Source: Octopus sinensis
Taxonomy: Eukaryota
Assembly: GCF_006345805.1 (NCBI RefSeq)
Contig: NC_043010.1
Location: 3,968,001 to 4,032,000 of the forward strand
Reading direction: 5' to 3'
Length of the DNA: 64,000 nt
Position 1 is the stretch's first letter; each line of letters starts with the position of its first letter. Positions 39,380-51,513 of this stretch are shown here, one piece after another. A program made the translations under genes and the position numbers. The notes beneath the pieces were generated by a model. The model searched no databases, was not told the DNA's origin, and saw only the letters and a program-made list of their open reading frames with translations.

Positions 39380-39894
39380 CAGTTATGTGTATGTATATGA
39401 AGTTAGATAATAAACGTATGATAACCTATACATTGCATGTGTGTGAGTGTGTGTGTGTGTATATATATACATAGTTATAGCCATACACACTCAGAAAGAG
39501 AAAAACATATTAAATGAAGAAAGTTAAAGAGGAAAGGGTGTAGAATAGAGAGATACAGACTTGGAAAGTGAGAAATAGTCTGCAAAATATTCGTGTGGCA
39601 AAAGGAAAAAGTGTAGAAGTATCTGAGCCCATGTGCATGAGTAAAAGTGGTTGCATACATATATATAGACACATACACACACGCACACACGTGTGTATGT
39701 GTGTGTGCATATGTGCAAACATGGGTGAGTATACATATGTATGCGAATGTTGGGTGGTTGTGTATGCGATATATACACACATTCACACATGTATTGTTAA
39801 GACTTTACCATTTGCATGTAAACATACATATAGAGAAAAGCAGATATACAGGAAACATGAATGAATGGATGAGAGGCAGTTGATCAAGCAGGTA

Positions 39895-39968
<74 letters not shown>
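39895..39968. repeat. (GA)n microsatellite
   Basis: Direct reading. Confidence 0.95.
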
Positions 39969-39975
<7 letters not shown>

Positions 39976-40609
39976 AGGTTGACTGAGAGAAAGCAAGCAA
40001 AGAGACAGCTTGGGCAAAACAGAAGAAGAGAAAGAGAGAGTAGGGTCTTTGACAGAAACTATTTAACTATTTGAAAATGAAAGTATTCATGTCATTTTTT
40101 TAAAAATTTTGCCGAAAGAGATATTAATGTTTGTTTATGCTGCAGTATATGTTACCTTTCTAATACTTTCTAAGTAATATATAGAATATAATTTAGGAGA
40201 AAAGAATCTAGAAACTAACTGATTCTACACTTTCTGAAGTGAATAATTTCTTTCAAAACTATTTCATTCCAGACTTTAATCTTATTTTAGTTGCTTCTGT
40301 ATACCTCATGTATACAGTGAAAAATGATTTAAGTAGCATTTATGAAGTTGAAGTGTTATTAAATTCAGCTTTTGTATCAAAAATCATATTAAAAAAAAAC
40401 ATTCCTTCATTGGTCAAAAATGACTTTTTTTCAATTATTTTTTACAAGTAATTTCATAAGACTTCTTTAGAAGAGTTATAAGACAAATCAGTAAAAGAAA
40501 AAAAAAAGAAGAAAATAACAAACCAAAACTAAGTACTTCTACCATTTAAACTTTTAGGGTTATTAAATAAACCAAGAGTAGAAAATATAGAAAAGAACTG
40601 CATACTCAC

Positions 40610-40810
40610 CTATATGGGAAAAATTTCTGTAGCTTACGTTCAACTCAGATGTGTGTATCCTGCTGTAGATCTGTACAGTTACTGCTGCTGTTATGAGCAA
40701 GCAGTGTTATTTATATGTAGCTTAGTCTGTGTTATGTGAATTTGAAAGAGAGGTCTGCAGTCTTATCAAGAATGGTGTGTATGTAATATCTGCTGCAGCC
40801 AATGATTGGC
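40610..40810 (-). promoter_or_regulatory. Candidate protocadherin promoter and non-coding first exon
   Basis: On the minus strand: palindromic GCCAAT-N-ATTGGC (40798-40810), TATAAATA (40715-40708), Inr-like GCAGT with A at 40683 (32 nt after the TATA start), ATG-free about 74-nt exon ending in a perfect donor AG|GTGAGT at 40610/40609. Confidence 0.55.
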
Positions 40811-40979
40811 AGGTTATGGTTCCCGAGAAGGGGAAGCAGAAAACTTGCTTTCTGGTTTTACTGTAAAATAGAGAAGAGTTACTTTATATATATATGTGTA
40901 TGTGTTTGTGTTTGTGTGGTTACATCCATATATATATATATATGATGATGATGATATATCTATATATATGTGTATATAT

Positions 40980-41026
<47 letters not shown>

Positions 41027-41615
41027 GTGTGTGTATATTCACGTGTATGTGTGTGTGAATACATGCACACACACACACACACACATATTTATATATTTAT
41101 ATATAAATGTTTATATATTTCAATAATCTTTATATATTTGATCTAAAATGTTTACACATCTTTTGAACAATTTTTATTACATATTTCTTTCTTTAGAATT
41201 TTGAGTAATAATTTTAGGTGAAGTTTACAAAAATGGAAGAGCTCTCATGTAGTTTCCTAAAATCTCTAAGCATACATAATGTATATTAACTTTTTATTAA
41301 ATCAGAACTTTTTAACAGAAAGTGTACCCAATACATGTTGTTGAGTATATTTATTTGCACTGAAACAGGTAATTTGCTCAGAGTTTCTTAATCAGTGCAT
41401 TTATATGTGTGTACATGTACATGCGTCTGTGTATATGTGTACATGTGTTATTTTCTTTGTTGATCTGGCATTTCTACCTGAAGGACCTCTATGAGTTAAA
41501 AACTCTGAGTAACAATGGAGTGAATCACTACCAACTTTGAATATATATATATATATAATATATATATATAGTACGTTTAAATATTTGTTGTGCAAGATTT
41601 TTTTTTTTTTTTTTT

Positions 41616-41776
41616 CATTTTGCCAGTTTAGCCAATACAAACACATGCACTATATATTTGGCCGAAATAAGATTAAGATTAATGTAAAAAATAAATAACA
41701 CTGAAGCAAAATAACACCAATATATAGTGCGTGTGTTTTTATTGGCTAAACTGGCAAAATGACCATTCCGAAATAT

Positions 41777-41780
<4 letters not shown>
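41616..41780 (+). mobile_element. Fold-back (inverted plus direct) fragment of the Penelope-type terminal repeat
   Basis: Arms 41616-41661 and 41717-41761 (about 45 bp, near-identical reverse complements); the direct part matches the reverse complement of 60190-60312. Confidence 0.7.
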
Positions 41781-41871
<91 letters not shown>

Positions 41872-42237
41872 GTATGTATGTATATTGGTTTCTGTATACA
41901 TTATGAACAATTATATGTTATGTATATTTAAAATATATTTATATTGACCTTGCCTTTAGGATAAACAATAAATATAATACTAATGTTACACTCAATATGT
42001 ACATAATATGTAAAGTACTAATTTTAATCTAATTATACAGAATAGAATTAATTTACTATTACTATTATTATAACTTGTATGTGTTTATAAAATCACTTTG
42101 ATTGAATACTACATACACACTTTTGTGTAAGTATATATATATTTATGTGTGTATATATATGTGTGTGTGTGTGTGCATATATATATATATATAATATATA
42201 TATATAGATGTGTATCTGTGTATGTATATATGTGTGT

Positions 42238-42575
42238 TTCCCAACCACATGGTTCTGGGTTCAGTCCCACTGCATGGCACCTTGGGCAAGTGTCTTCTGT
42301 TATAGCTTCAGGCTGACAGAAACTGAAAGAAGCCCATTGTATATAAATACATATATATATATATGTGTTTATATTTGTGTGTCTGTGTACGCCACCATCG
42401 CTTGATAAGTGATGTTGGTGTGCTTACATCCCCATAACTTAGCAGTTCAGCAAAAGAGACCGATAGAATAAGTGCTAGGCTTACAAAGAACAAGTCCTAG
42501 GGTTGATTTGTTTGACTAACGGCAGTGCTCCCGCATGACCACAATCAAATGACTGAAACAAGTAAAAGAATAAAA
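42238..42575 (+). mobile_element. SINE family A, diverged
   Basis: ccaaccacatggttctgggttcagtccc ... gaaacaagtaaaagaataaaagaa. Confidence 0.8.
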
Positions 42576-42792
42576 GAATATATATATTCTTAAACAAGAA
42601 TGTTATTGACAGTAATTTTAAAGTTTTCAAGTGTGGGCTGATGATGGCTTAACTTGCTAAAACTTCGAAGTCACTATCAATAATATTTGTGTTTAAGAAT
42701 AATAAATTTGTACTGTGCAAAAGTACAGAGTAACCACTCGGATTAATGTAAATTATTTTTATTATAACTGAACTTAAAAACATACACACACA

Positions 42793-42854
<62 letters not shown>

Positions 42855-42870
42855 ATATATATTATATATA

Positions 42871-42920
<50 letters not shown>

Positions 42921-42934
42921 GTACATGTGTGTGT

Positions 42935-42992
<58 letters not shown>

Positions 42993-44883
42993 TATGTATG
43001 TATGTATGTATGTGTGTATGTGAGTATGTTTGTATACTTTTCTTTTTTTTTGTTATTTTTGTATGTTATGCAGTCATAACTTTTAAAATATTTTATACTT
43101 TAAGTAATAAACTGTGTTGTATTTATATCAAATTATCTATGTATAGATGGTATTTAGATTTTACATTATTTATTGCATGCATAACAGTAACAGGAATTTT
43201 AGATGTATACAATGAACGTTGGGTTAAAGTTTCATATAAGTGTACATCACATGTATAGATTTTTACACTTGGTTTGCATTGCAATATCATTAGCTTCTAT
43301 ATACACCGTATAAAAATACTATTTTCCTCTGAAAGTAATTTTCTTAATAAAAAAAAAAGAAAGAATTTAAACAATATAGCAGATAAATATTAAAAATTTA
43401 AATGAAAGATTATCTCTCAACCGAAGCATTCAATTTTTAATCATCTTTGTCTAAAATATGCAATTTATGTATTGATTGAGAAGTTATCAATATATCAATA
43501 GATTATTGTTATTTGGCTATTAAGGATTAATTTTCAATTATTTCTTCTGCATTTTTGATATCAGAAATAGTAATTATGTAAAAAAGAAAAATGAAAAATG
43601 GAAGAAATATTTTTAAAAAACACATAAAAGAATTTCCATATCTAAATTAATATTTTCTAGAGTAGAGTTTTTTTTTTTCCTTTCCTTATCTATAATAAAT
43701 ATGTAAAAAGAATTAAAGCTGCACAATAAATTATAGAAAAAAAAGTCTTTGGGATAATCATTTCTAATTAAAGAAATACTTCCACCTCTCTGCATAATTT
43801 TCTTTTGATTAAATGAACACTTCAAAAGAAAACTATTTGTATTATCTAAATATAATGAATAAGCATGATTATGCCTACGCACACACATGCACACACTCTC
43901 ATGCACTCACACACTGATACATACACACACTATTGCCTTGTACCAAGAGATTTTAGCCTCAACGCCAAAGACAAAGTAAACAAAAAACAAAAAAAGTGAA
44001 AATTGTTTGACAGAACTTAGTATTTACACAATTTTACATATTAGTATGTTTGTATAAACATATGCACACTAATTTATGCATGTGTATATGTGCATATATA
44101 TGTATGTATATGTATGTATAATGTGTTTATATATGTATGTTTACGTGTGTGCATATGTGTGTGTGCATATGTGTGTGTGCATATGTGTGTGTTCTGTAAT
44201 GAAAAAAAATAGTTAACTATTCCTAAACATAAATCAACCTGTTTTATGGAACTTTGTTGTTCTTGAAAATTCAGATCATGAGTATCATATAAAAATATGT
44301 AAATTGCATTAAAATACATAAAAAAAACCCAAAAACCATGTAAATATATTTGTGTCACAAAATACCATCAATTAAAACTGTGTAATTAAAAGTAGTAGCC
44401 TGTATGGAGAATGTAAACCTACATATATGAAGTATATTCCCATGGTGCATTGTCGGAAAAACATTGTTCTTGTTCTTCTCCAAGATAATTCTTAGAATTA
44501 TAAAATAAGATTTCAAAACAACCAAAAGAATAGAGAAACAATGAGTAAAAAAATTGGTTTCGAGAAGTAAACTTTATAGTCACAATTTCAATATTAGATC
44601 TTCTTTTACATTTTAAAACATGAATTAAAGTATTAAAAAGTTAGAAAAGGAATTTTTATTGTTTGTTAAAGATATATATTCGGTCAATTAACTCAGAGCT
44701 TCAGAGGATAGATTAGCAGGTTGTTTTTAATAACTAAGATAAACAGAAATAGGCATAGTCAGGTGATTAAGAAGTTCGCTTTGCAACCACGGGGCTTCAG
44801 TTTCATCCCATTGCACATGTGTGTGAGTGTGTGTGAGTGTGTGTGTGTATGCATGTGTGTATGAGATATATATGCATGTGTGT

Positions 44884-45111
44884 GGCGAGCTGGCAGAAAC
44901 GGTAGCACACCAGGCGAAATGCGTAGCCGTATTTCGTCTGCTGTTACGTTCCGAGTTCAAATTCCGCCGAGGTCGACTTTGCCTTTCATCCTTTCGGGGT
45001 CGATAAATTAAGTACCAGTTACGCACTAGGGTCGATGGAATCGACTTAATCGCTTTGTCTGTCCTTGTTTGTCCCCTCTGTGTTTAGCCCCTTGTGGGTA
45101 GTAAAGAAATA
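44884..45111 (+). mobile_element. SINE family B, full length
   Basis: Near-identical to 3651-3884 and 62542-62775. Confidence 0.9.
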
Positions 45112-45153
45112 TATATGCAAGTGTGTGTGTGAGAGAGAGAGAGTATATATGTA

Positions 45154-45187
<34 letters not shown>

Positions 45188-45625
45188 TATATACATGTGT
45201 GTGTGTGAGAGAGAGAAAGAGAGAGTATATATATATGTGAGTGTGTGAGACTATCAAAGAATGGATAATGAGTAAGAAGTGTTTTGAGAAGTGAGCATTA
45301 TAGTCACAGTTTCAATATTAAATCTTCTTTTGCGTTTTGAAACTTGAATTAAAGTATTAAAAACAGTATTATATAAATCATCATTTTTTTGACATCCACT
45401 TTGCCAAACTGATGGGTCAGATAGTTCGATGAGGCAGATTTTCCACAGCCAGATACCCTTTATGTGACCAACTCTCAGTTGTTTGCAAGTAAGCTGAAGC
45501 ATGGAACAAACTACCTGCATCAGTTGTTAGTTGTCAGAGCACTGCATCCTTCAAAACTTCCATGCTTCCTGAGATTCTCCAACACTACACCTGATTTTCC
45601 CCCCTCCATACACACACAAGCATGT

Positions 45626-45748
45626 ATCTGACTCATACATTGTTCGCTTTCCAGACATTTGTACATTACTGCATATGCTTTATATGCACTTTTGACAAGT
45701 TGTGGTGCACCTGAGCACTGTATACAATAATTTCATTATTATTATTAT
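45626..45748 (-). repeat. (AAT)n-anchored dispersed repeat; copies also at 47367-47490(-) and 5737-5808(+)
   Basis: Shared (aat)n-gaaattattgtatacagtgctcaggtgcaccacaacttg. Confidence 0.75.
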
Positions 45749-46328
45749 AAGCTAATATTTCCCAATGATCAGATGTTTTTTCATGAAAGATTGCATTGCT
45801 AATATCAGTGTGATGTTCATTTGCATCTATCACTTGGTATCGAGAGAAGGGACAAGAAACACACACATACATACACATACATATGTTTTCAGCAGGTTTT
45901 TATCAGTTTCAGTTTACCAAATCCATTGACGGTGTTTTGACCAGCCTAGGGCTATAGTAGATGTTTACCCAAAGTGTCACGCTGTTGAACTGAACTGAAA
46001 ACCATGTGTTTGAGAAAAAAACTGTTTAACAATGTATATTATTTATTTATTTACTGTTTTTTTATTTATAATTTTCTTCAATATTATTGGATTTTCCCAC
46101 CGATTTTGGCATCTAAATGCATTTTTGTTTGTTTTACTTTTTTCTTGTTTTGTTTTAGCTCTGATGTCTACGTCTCTAATGAGACATCTAGCAAATGAAT
46201 TTGCAGACAACACGGATTGGACATTTAAAGCGATTACTTTTATTTTTTTTAAATGGTGTGTGTGTATATACACACACACACATACATGTATACATAAGTT
46301 CATAGAAACACATGTATATATATCTCAC

Positions 46329-46510
46329 CATCATCATTTAATGTCCATTTTCAATGCTGGTGTGGGCTGGGCAGTTTGACAGGAGTTAGAAAACTAGAGG
46401 ACTGCACCAAGCTCTACTTTCAGCTTTGGCCTGGATTTTATGGCTGGATGCTCTTCCTAATGCCAACCACTTTACTGAGTCTACTGGATGCTTTTTATGT
46501 GGCACCATCG
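46329..46510 (-). mobile_element. Older diverged RTE 3'-end fragment
   Basis: catcatcatttaatgtcc...tggctggatgctcttcctaatgccaacc. Confidence 0.6.
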
Positions 46511-48929
46511 GGTTACTTGCAATCCAAAGACTGCTCAAGTGAGAGTAATGGCATATTGAGGAAGTGGCTTTGTACAGGTGATGAGAAGTTAAAGTATAAT
46601 AGAAGAGCAGAGACAGGTGTGTTGTTGTAGAAAAGTTACATGGTTACTCTAGTTGGAGAGATAGATAGATAGATAGAGAGGAAGGGAGGGAGAGAAAGAG
46701 AGAGGGGCAGAGAGAAATGGTGATGGTGAAGATATGCCAGGACATATCCTTAAGTACATGGAGGGGAATATAAGTGAAGATGTGTGAATGCTTGTGTATA
46801 AAGGTGTAAACTGATGCTTTAAGTCATGTCCCTTTAGATCAAAAGATAACTTAGCCTTTCAGTAAATAGATATCAATAAAATAATTTCCAAACTAATATA
46901 TAGTCAATATAACTGACCAAAAGTAATATATAGTCAATATAACTGACGCAAAAATCCTGAAGCATTGCTTCAGCATGGCTGGTGTCCAATGACTGAAACC
47001 AATAAAACTAAGTATTTAGAATATTATTAAACCAGCAGATTTTATGTCCGAATGGTTTAGTAATTCATATATAACTGAGAGTTAGACTGGAACCTCAGAT
47101 TTTGTATAAGCAACCTATAATTTAATAAGAAGTATCTATTTAATATATAAGCAGTTCATATTTTAGATGTATATCATGCAGTGATGGAAATGTACTTTAG
47201 CAACTAGGGATACACTAAGGTCTGAGATTGGAGAAAATGGGGAGGGCAAGATACTATAAGCTCACATGAGCTCAAAAACTGAGGAAAGCTAGCCTCCTGT
47301 ATATACCATCATTTCCATCACTAAAATTATGCTATAAACTGAAGTGTATTATTATAAAGTATTATTATCTGACTCATACACTATTCACTTTCCAGACATT
47401 TGTACATTACTGTATATGCTTTATATGCAATTTTGACAAGTTGTGGTGCACCTGAGCACTGTATACAATAATTTCATTATTATTATTATTATTGTATTAT
47501 TTTAAAGCTGCCAGTTATATATATATATATACAACACCCTTATAATAAAATTTTGTTTATAACATGATATTAGCACAAAACTGGCCCAATAAATAAGGCT
47601 ACCAGCCTATGTGTTCACATGTTACTATAGCCATTTGAAAGTCACATAGCTAAATATTTAATTGTATATGATTTAGTTTACCTAGATATCATTTACAGGA
47701 ATCTGAACTTAGGAGAATGTTACTTAGTTTAAGCTGATATCTTTCTTATGCAGGTGGCAATTCATTTTATATACATTTAATACTGCAAAGTTTGAGTCTA
47801 GGTACTGGTTGTATATGTCCCTGTGACTTTTGGAGACATTTAGCCTGATTTTCATGCATTATATAAGAAGTTATATTTCTATTAGAAGTATTGCTTAATA
47901 AAACAATTAGTACAAAAATGAAAAATAACTGATAAATCTACAAAATCATATTTATTCAGCATTTTATGTGCTTGTCTTTCTTTTTTTTTCCACATTGATT
48001 GCACAATGAGAACTTATTTACAATCGGTTACAGTTTCTGGGGAAAATATAGAGCTCTTGATTTACATTATAAAGATCTCAGTATTTGTGGTTTAAGACTA
48101 AAGAAGACAAAAAGCAAATTTTAATGTTAAATACTTTCTTGCATGCTATGAGGTATTCATTATTTCTCATAACGAAGGAGCCATTTATATGTATCTTCTA
48201 TTGTCATTACATACATAAATTATGACAAGCAGAACATGGTTTATTTCTCTTTTCAGGTTTATAAAGATTAATAGTTCGATGTCATACACTATAATGTCGT
48301 AATCGAAGTATTTTGTTCAGGTGCAAAATCAAACAGTTTAAAATCCATCTTGGTAATAGTTTACACCAATTCTATCATAATTTCTGTTATATTTAGTTGT
48401 CAAGCTGGCAGAATTGTTACTGTATTGGACAGAAAACTTAGCAGCATTTCTTTGAGCTTTACATTCTGAGTTCAAATGCCATCAAAGTTGACTATCCTCA
48501 TCCTTTTGAAGTTGATGAAATAAGTACCAGCTGAGTAACTCCCTTACCCAAAATTTTATGCCTTGTGCCTAGCAGGAAAGATTTATTTGGTGAGATATCT
48601 GATCTGAGATGGGGGTAATCAAACTTGTTTTTTGTTGTTTTTTTTTTGCTTGCTGATTGCTGAGTCTGGTGGAAATGGTAATGCCCATGACCTATTCAAG
48701 AGCCTGAGATCGATGTGGTTGATGTTGTTGATGCTCTTTTGAAAGTCTTTCAGATTAACATCTACAAGAAAGACACAAGTTGGGAAGAGATACCAGAAAA
48801 TTGATGTTCTGGGGAAGAAGGAATGGGAATAATGACATTTACAGAGTTCACTCTGTTGTCAATGAAGGTGATGAGAAGCAGGGGGATGAGTGAATTGGGG
48901 GTGAGTGGTGGAGTTATGTGACCAGACAA

Positions 48930-49130
48930 GTGGCCGTTTGCCAGCTCCGTCTGGCACCTGTGCGGGTGGCACGTAAAAAGCATCCACTACACTCACGGAG
49001 TGGTTGGCGTTAGGAAGGGCATCCAGCCGTAGAAACACTGCCAGATCAGACTGGGCCTGATGCAGCCTTCCGGCTTCACAGACCCCAGTTGAACCGTCCA
49101 ACCCATGCTAGCATGGAAAGCGGATGCTAA

Positions 49131-49161
<31 letters not shown>
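48930..49161 (+). mobile_element. RTE 3'-end fragment
   Basis: gagtggttggcgttaggaagggcatccagccgtagaaac...cggatgctaaa(tga)n. Confidence 0.8.
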
Positions 49162-49162
<1 letters not shown>

Positions 49163-49410
49163 ATGCCATTATAACAGCAGTAGAGAAAACAGAAAGAGGA
49201 AACATTATGCTCATGGACCAGGGTTGAAACATGCTTGTTAGTATTCAAATGCTAACCAATCAAATGTACTTATACAATTTTTGCAGTGACTTTTATAATT
49301 TCCTTATATTAAAATATCCTTTTTGCTTTTTCATTGTAGCTGTGTCATGAAGTTCACACCCATGAAAATATTTGGGTAGGTGCCAAATTCATTTTCTAAT
49401 AAATATATAC

Positions 49411-49618
49411 TCTTTTACTCTTTTACTTGTTTCAGTCATTTGACTGTGGCCATGCTGGAGCACTGCCTTTAGTCGAGCAAATCGACTCCGGGACTTATTC
49501 TTTGTAAGCCCAGTACTTATTCTATCGGTCTCTTTTGCCGAACCACTAAGTGATGGGGACATAAACACACCAGCATCGGTTGTCAAGCAATGCTAGAGGG
49601 ACAAACACAGACACACAA

Positions 49619-49630
<12 letters not shown>
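49411..49630 (-). mobile_element. SINE family A, 3' half (further fragment at 49903-49950)
   Basis: ctcttttacttgtttcagtcatttgactg...gggacaaacacagacac. Confidence 0.85.
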
Positions 49631-49673
<43 letters not shown>

Positions 49674-50874
49674 ATATAGAGGGCATTATACATACATGCC
49701 AGAAGGCATTATACATTCATGCCACACGCTAAGAGGGACAATTAGTCATTTCTACCAAAAATAATTATTTTCGAAATTTTTTCTCTTATGAGGTTTTCAC
49801 GCTATCTACCTGACAATTTCTTGTTAAGTTTTCCTTATTAAGTAGTTGTCCTTAATTGCTATATATATATATATATATTATATATATATATATACATATA
49901 TACGACAGGCTTCTTTCAGTTTCCGCCTACCAAATCCACTCACAAGGCCATTTTTTAAACCAGTGTTGTTCTTATCGTGTTTCCTTACTAATGTTGTTCT
50001 AAGCTGTATAGACTGTGTATTGCAAGAGTTCATTTAAAGCAGTATCTCATTCTTGCTGCTCTATGTTTCTTATATTATCATCTTTACATAATAGCATATG
50101 TTTCTCATTGTCAATGAGTACAGATATCCCCCAGTGTGCATGTAATATTTCTCTAAGCATGAACATTCTTTAGAAAGAGAAAAAGTCATAAATGCCTGAG
50201 ACAGTGAAACAGAACTGTCAAAACTTCAATATTCTGAAGTCTTCATGAAAAATTCATAACTAGAGAATAATTATTTGCTAGAGAGAATATTTTGATGCTT
50301 CAGTATGACAGATAAGAGATTAAAAACGAGCAAATCCTTGCTGATTAAAACAAACGAATTCCATATATGCAAATGAAAAAAAAAAGGGGGTAACTACTGA
50401 TTTACAGATGCTATTATAGCATAATAAGTGTTGACTCAAACATTCTGCAGAAGGAAAGCAAATGTTCTAGCAAGCTCTAACTGCAAGGACTTCACAATTA
50501 CATCTTCTTTCGTTTGTTAGTGACGGGAAACCAAAAAGGGAATCATTTTGGACCCCTCGATTTCAACCTACATTCGAAATGTAAATTATTCTCAGAAAGT
50601 AATTCAGTTCAGAGCATTTGATTGGCAGAATTATTTGGGTATTGGGTATGACTTTTTTTTCTTCATCCTTTGGACTTTTAAGGCCAGTTACCCTGATTCC
50701 ATGGTATATAAATAACTGAGATCACAATATTTCCCCTGAATGGAACATCGATCCATTGCAAGGTCTTAGGCCAGCCATTTTGAGGGAAGAGAACAAGCTG
50801 ATTACATTGACCCCAGTATTTGACTGGTACTTCATTTTATTGACTTCAAAGGGACGAAAGGCAAAGTTGATACC

Positions 50875-51106
50875 TATTTCTTTATTACCCACAAGGGGCT
50901 AAACATAGAGGGGACAAACAAGGACAGACATAGGTATTAATTCGATTACATCGACTCCAGTGCGTAACTGGTACTTATTTAATCGACCCCGAAAGGATGA
51001 AAGGTAAAGTCGACCTCGGTGGAATTTGAACGCACAACGTAATGCAGACGAAATACCGCTAAGCATTGCACCCGGCGTGCTAACATTTCTGCCAGCTCGC
51101 CACCAT
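50875..51106 (-). mobile_element. SINE family B with 17-bp target-site duplication, nested in an older related SINE
   Basis: TSD aaggcaaagttgatacc at 50858-50874 and 51107-51123. Confidence 0.9.
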
Positions 51107-51432
51107 AAGGCAAAGTTGATACCATCATGCTAATGATTCCGCCAACTCACTACCTCATTGGACCTGATGCCATGCAGTATTTCTTTTGTAGGCTGAGTTC
51201 TTTAATGGTAGACTTAGAGTCCATCTCTTAATTTAACACCATCGTGATGTCCTTGGATGCTTTTAGCAAAGTTCACTCTGTTGCAGACATCAGGATCAGG
51301 TTTCCATATTAAGGATATTTTTCTCCTTTTCCCACCAGTCTTGGAGGATCATGGATGTTGCCTTTCTATCTCAGACTAAATGGTTAAAAACTAAAATCAT
51401 GGAATCTCTGAATAATTAAAGTTGTTGCTTTA

Positions 51433-51513
51433 TTTGTCTAAATATCCTAGTTTTTCACACCTATTCAGGTTACACACCTGAATAGGTGTGAAAAACTAGG
51501 ATATTTAGACAAA
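51433..51513. repeat. Perfect 38-bp inverted repeat with 5-nt loop
   Basis: tttgtctaaatatcctagtttttcacacctattcaggt / acctgaataggtgtgaaaaactaggatatttagacaaa; loop tacac. Confidence 0.95.

Noticed and set aside
37823-39864. Many YI/HT/CV-rich ORFs (also at 16-17, 21, 42-43 and 61.8-62.2 kb)
   Set aside because: TA/CA/TACA microsatellite translations.
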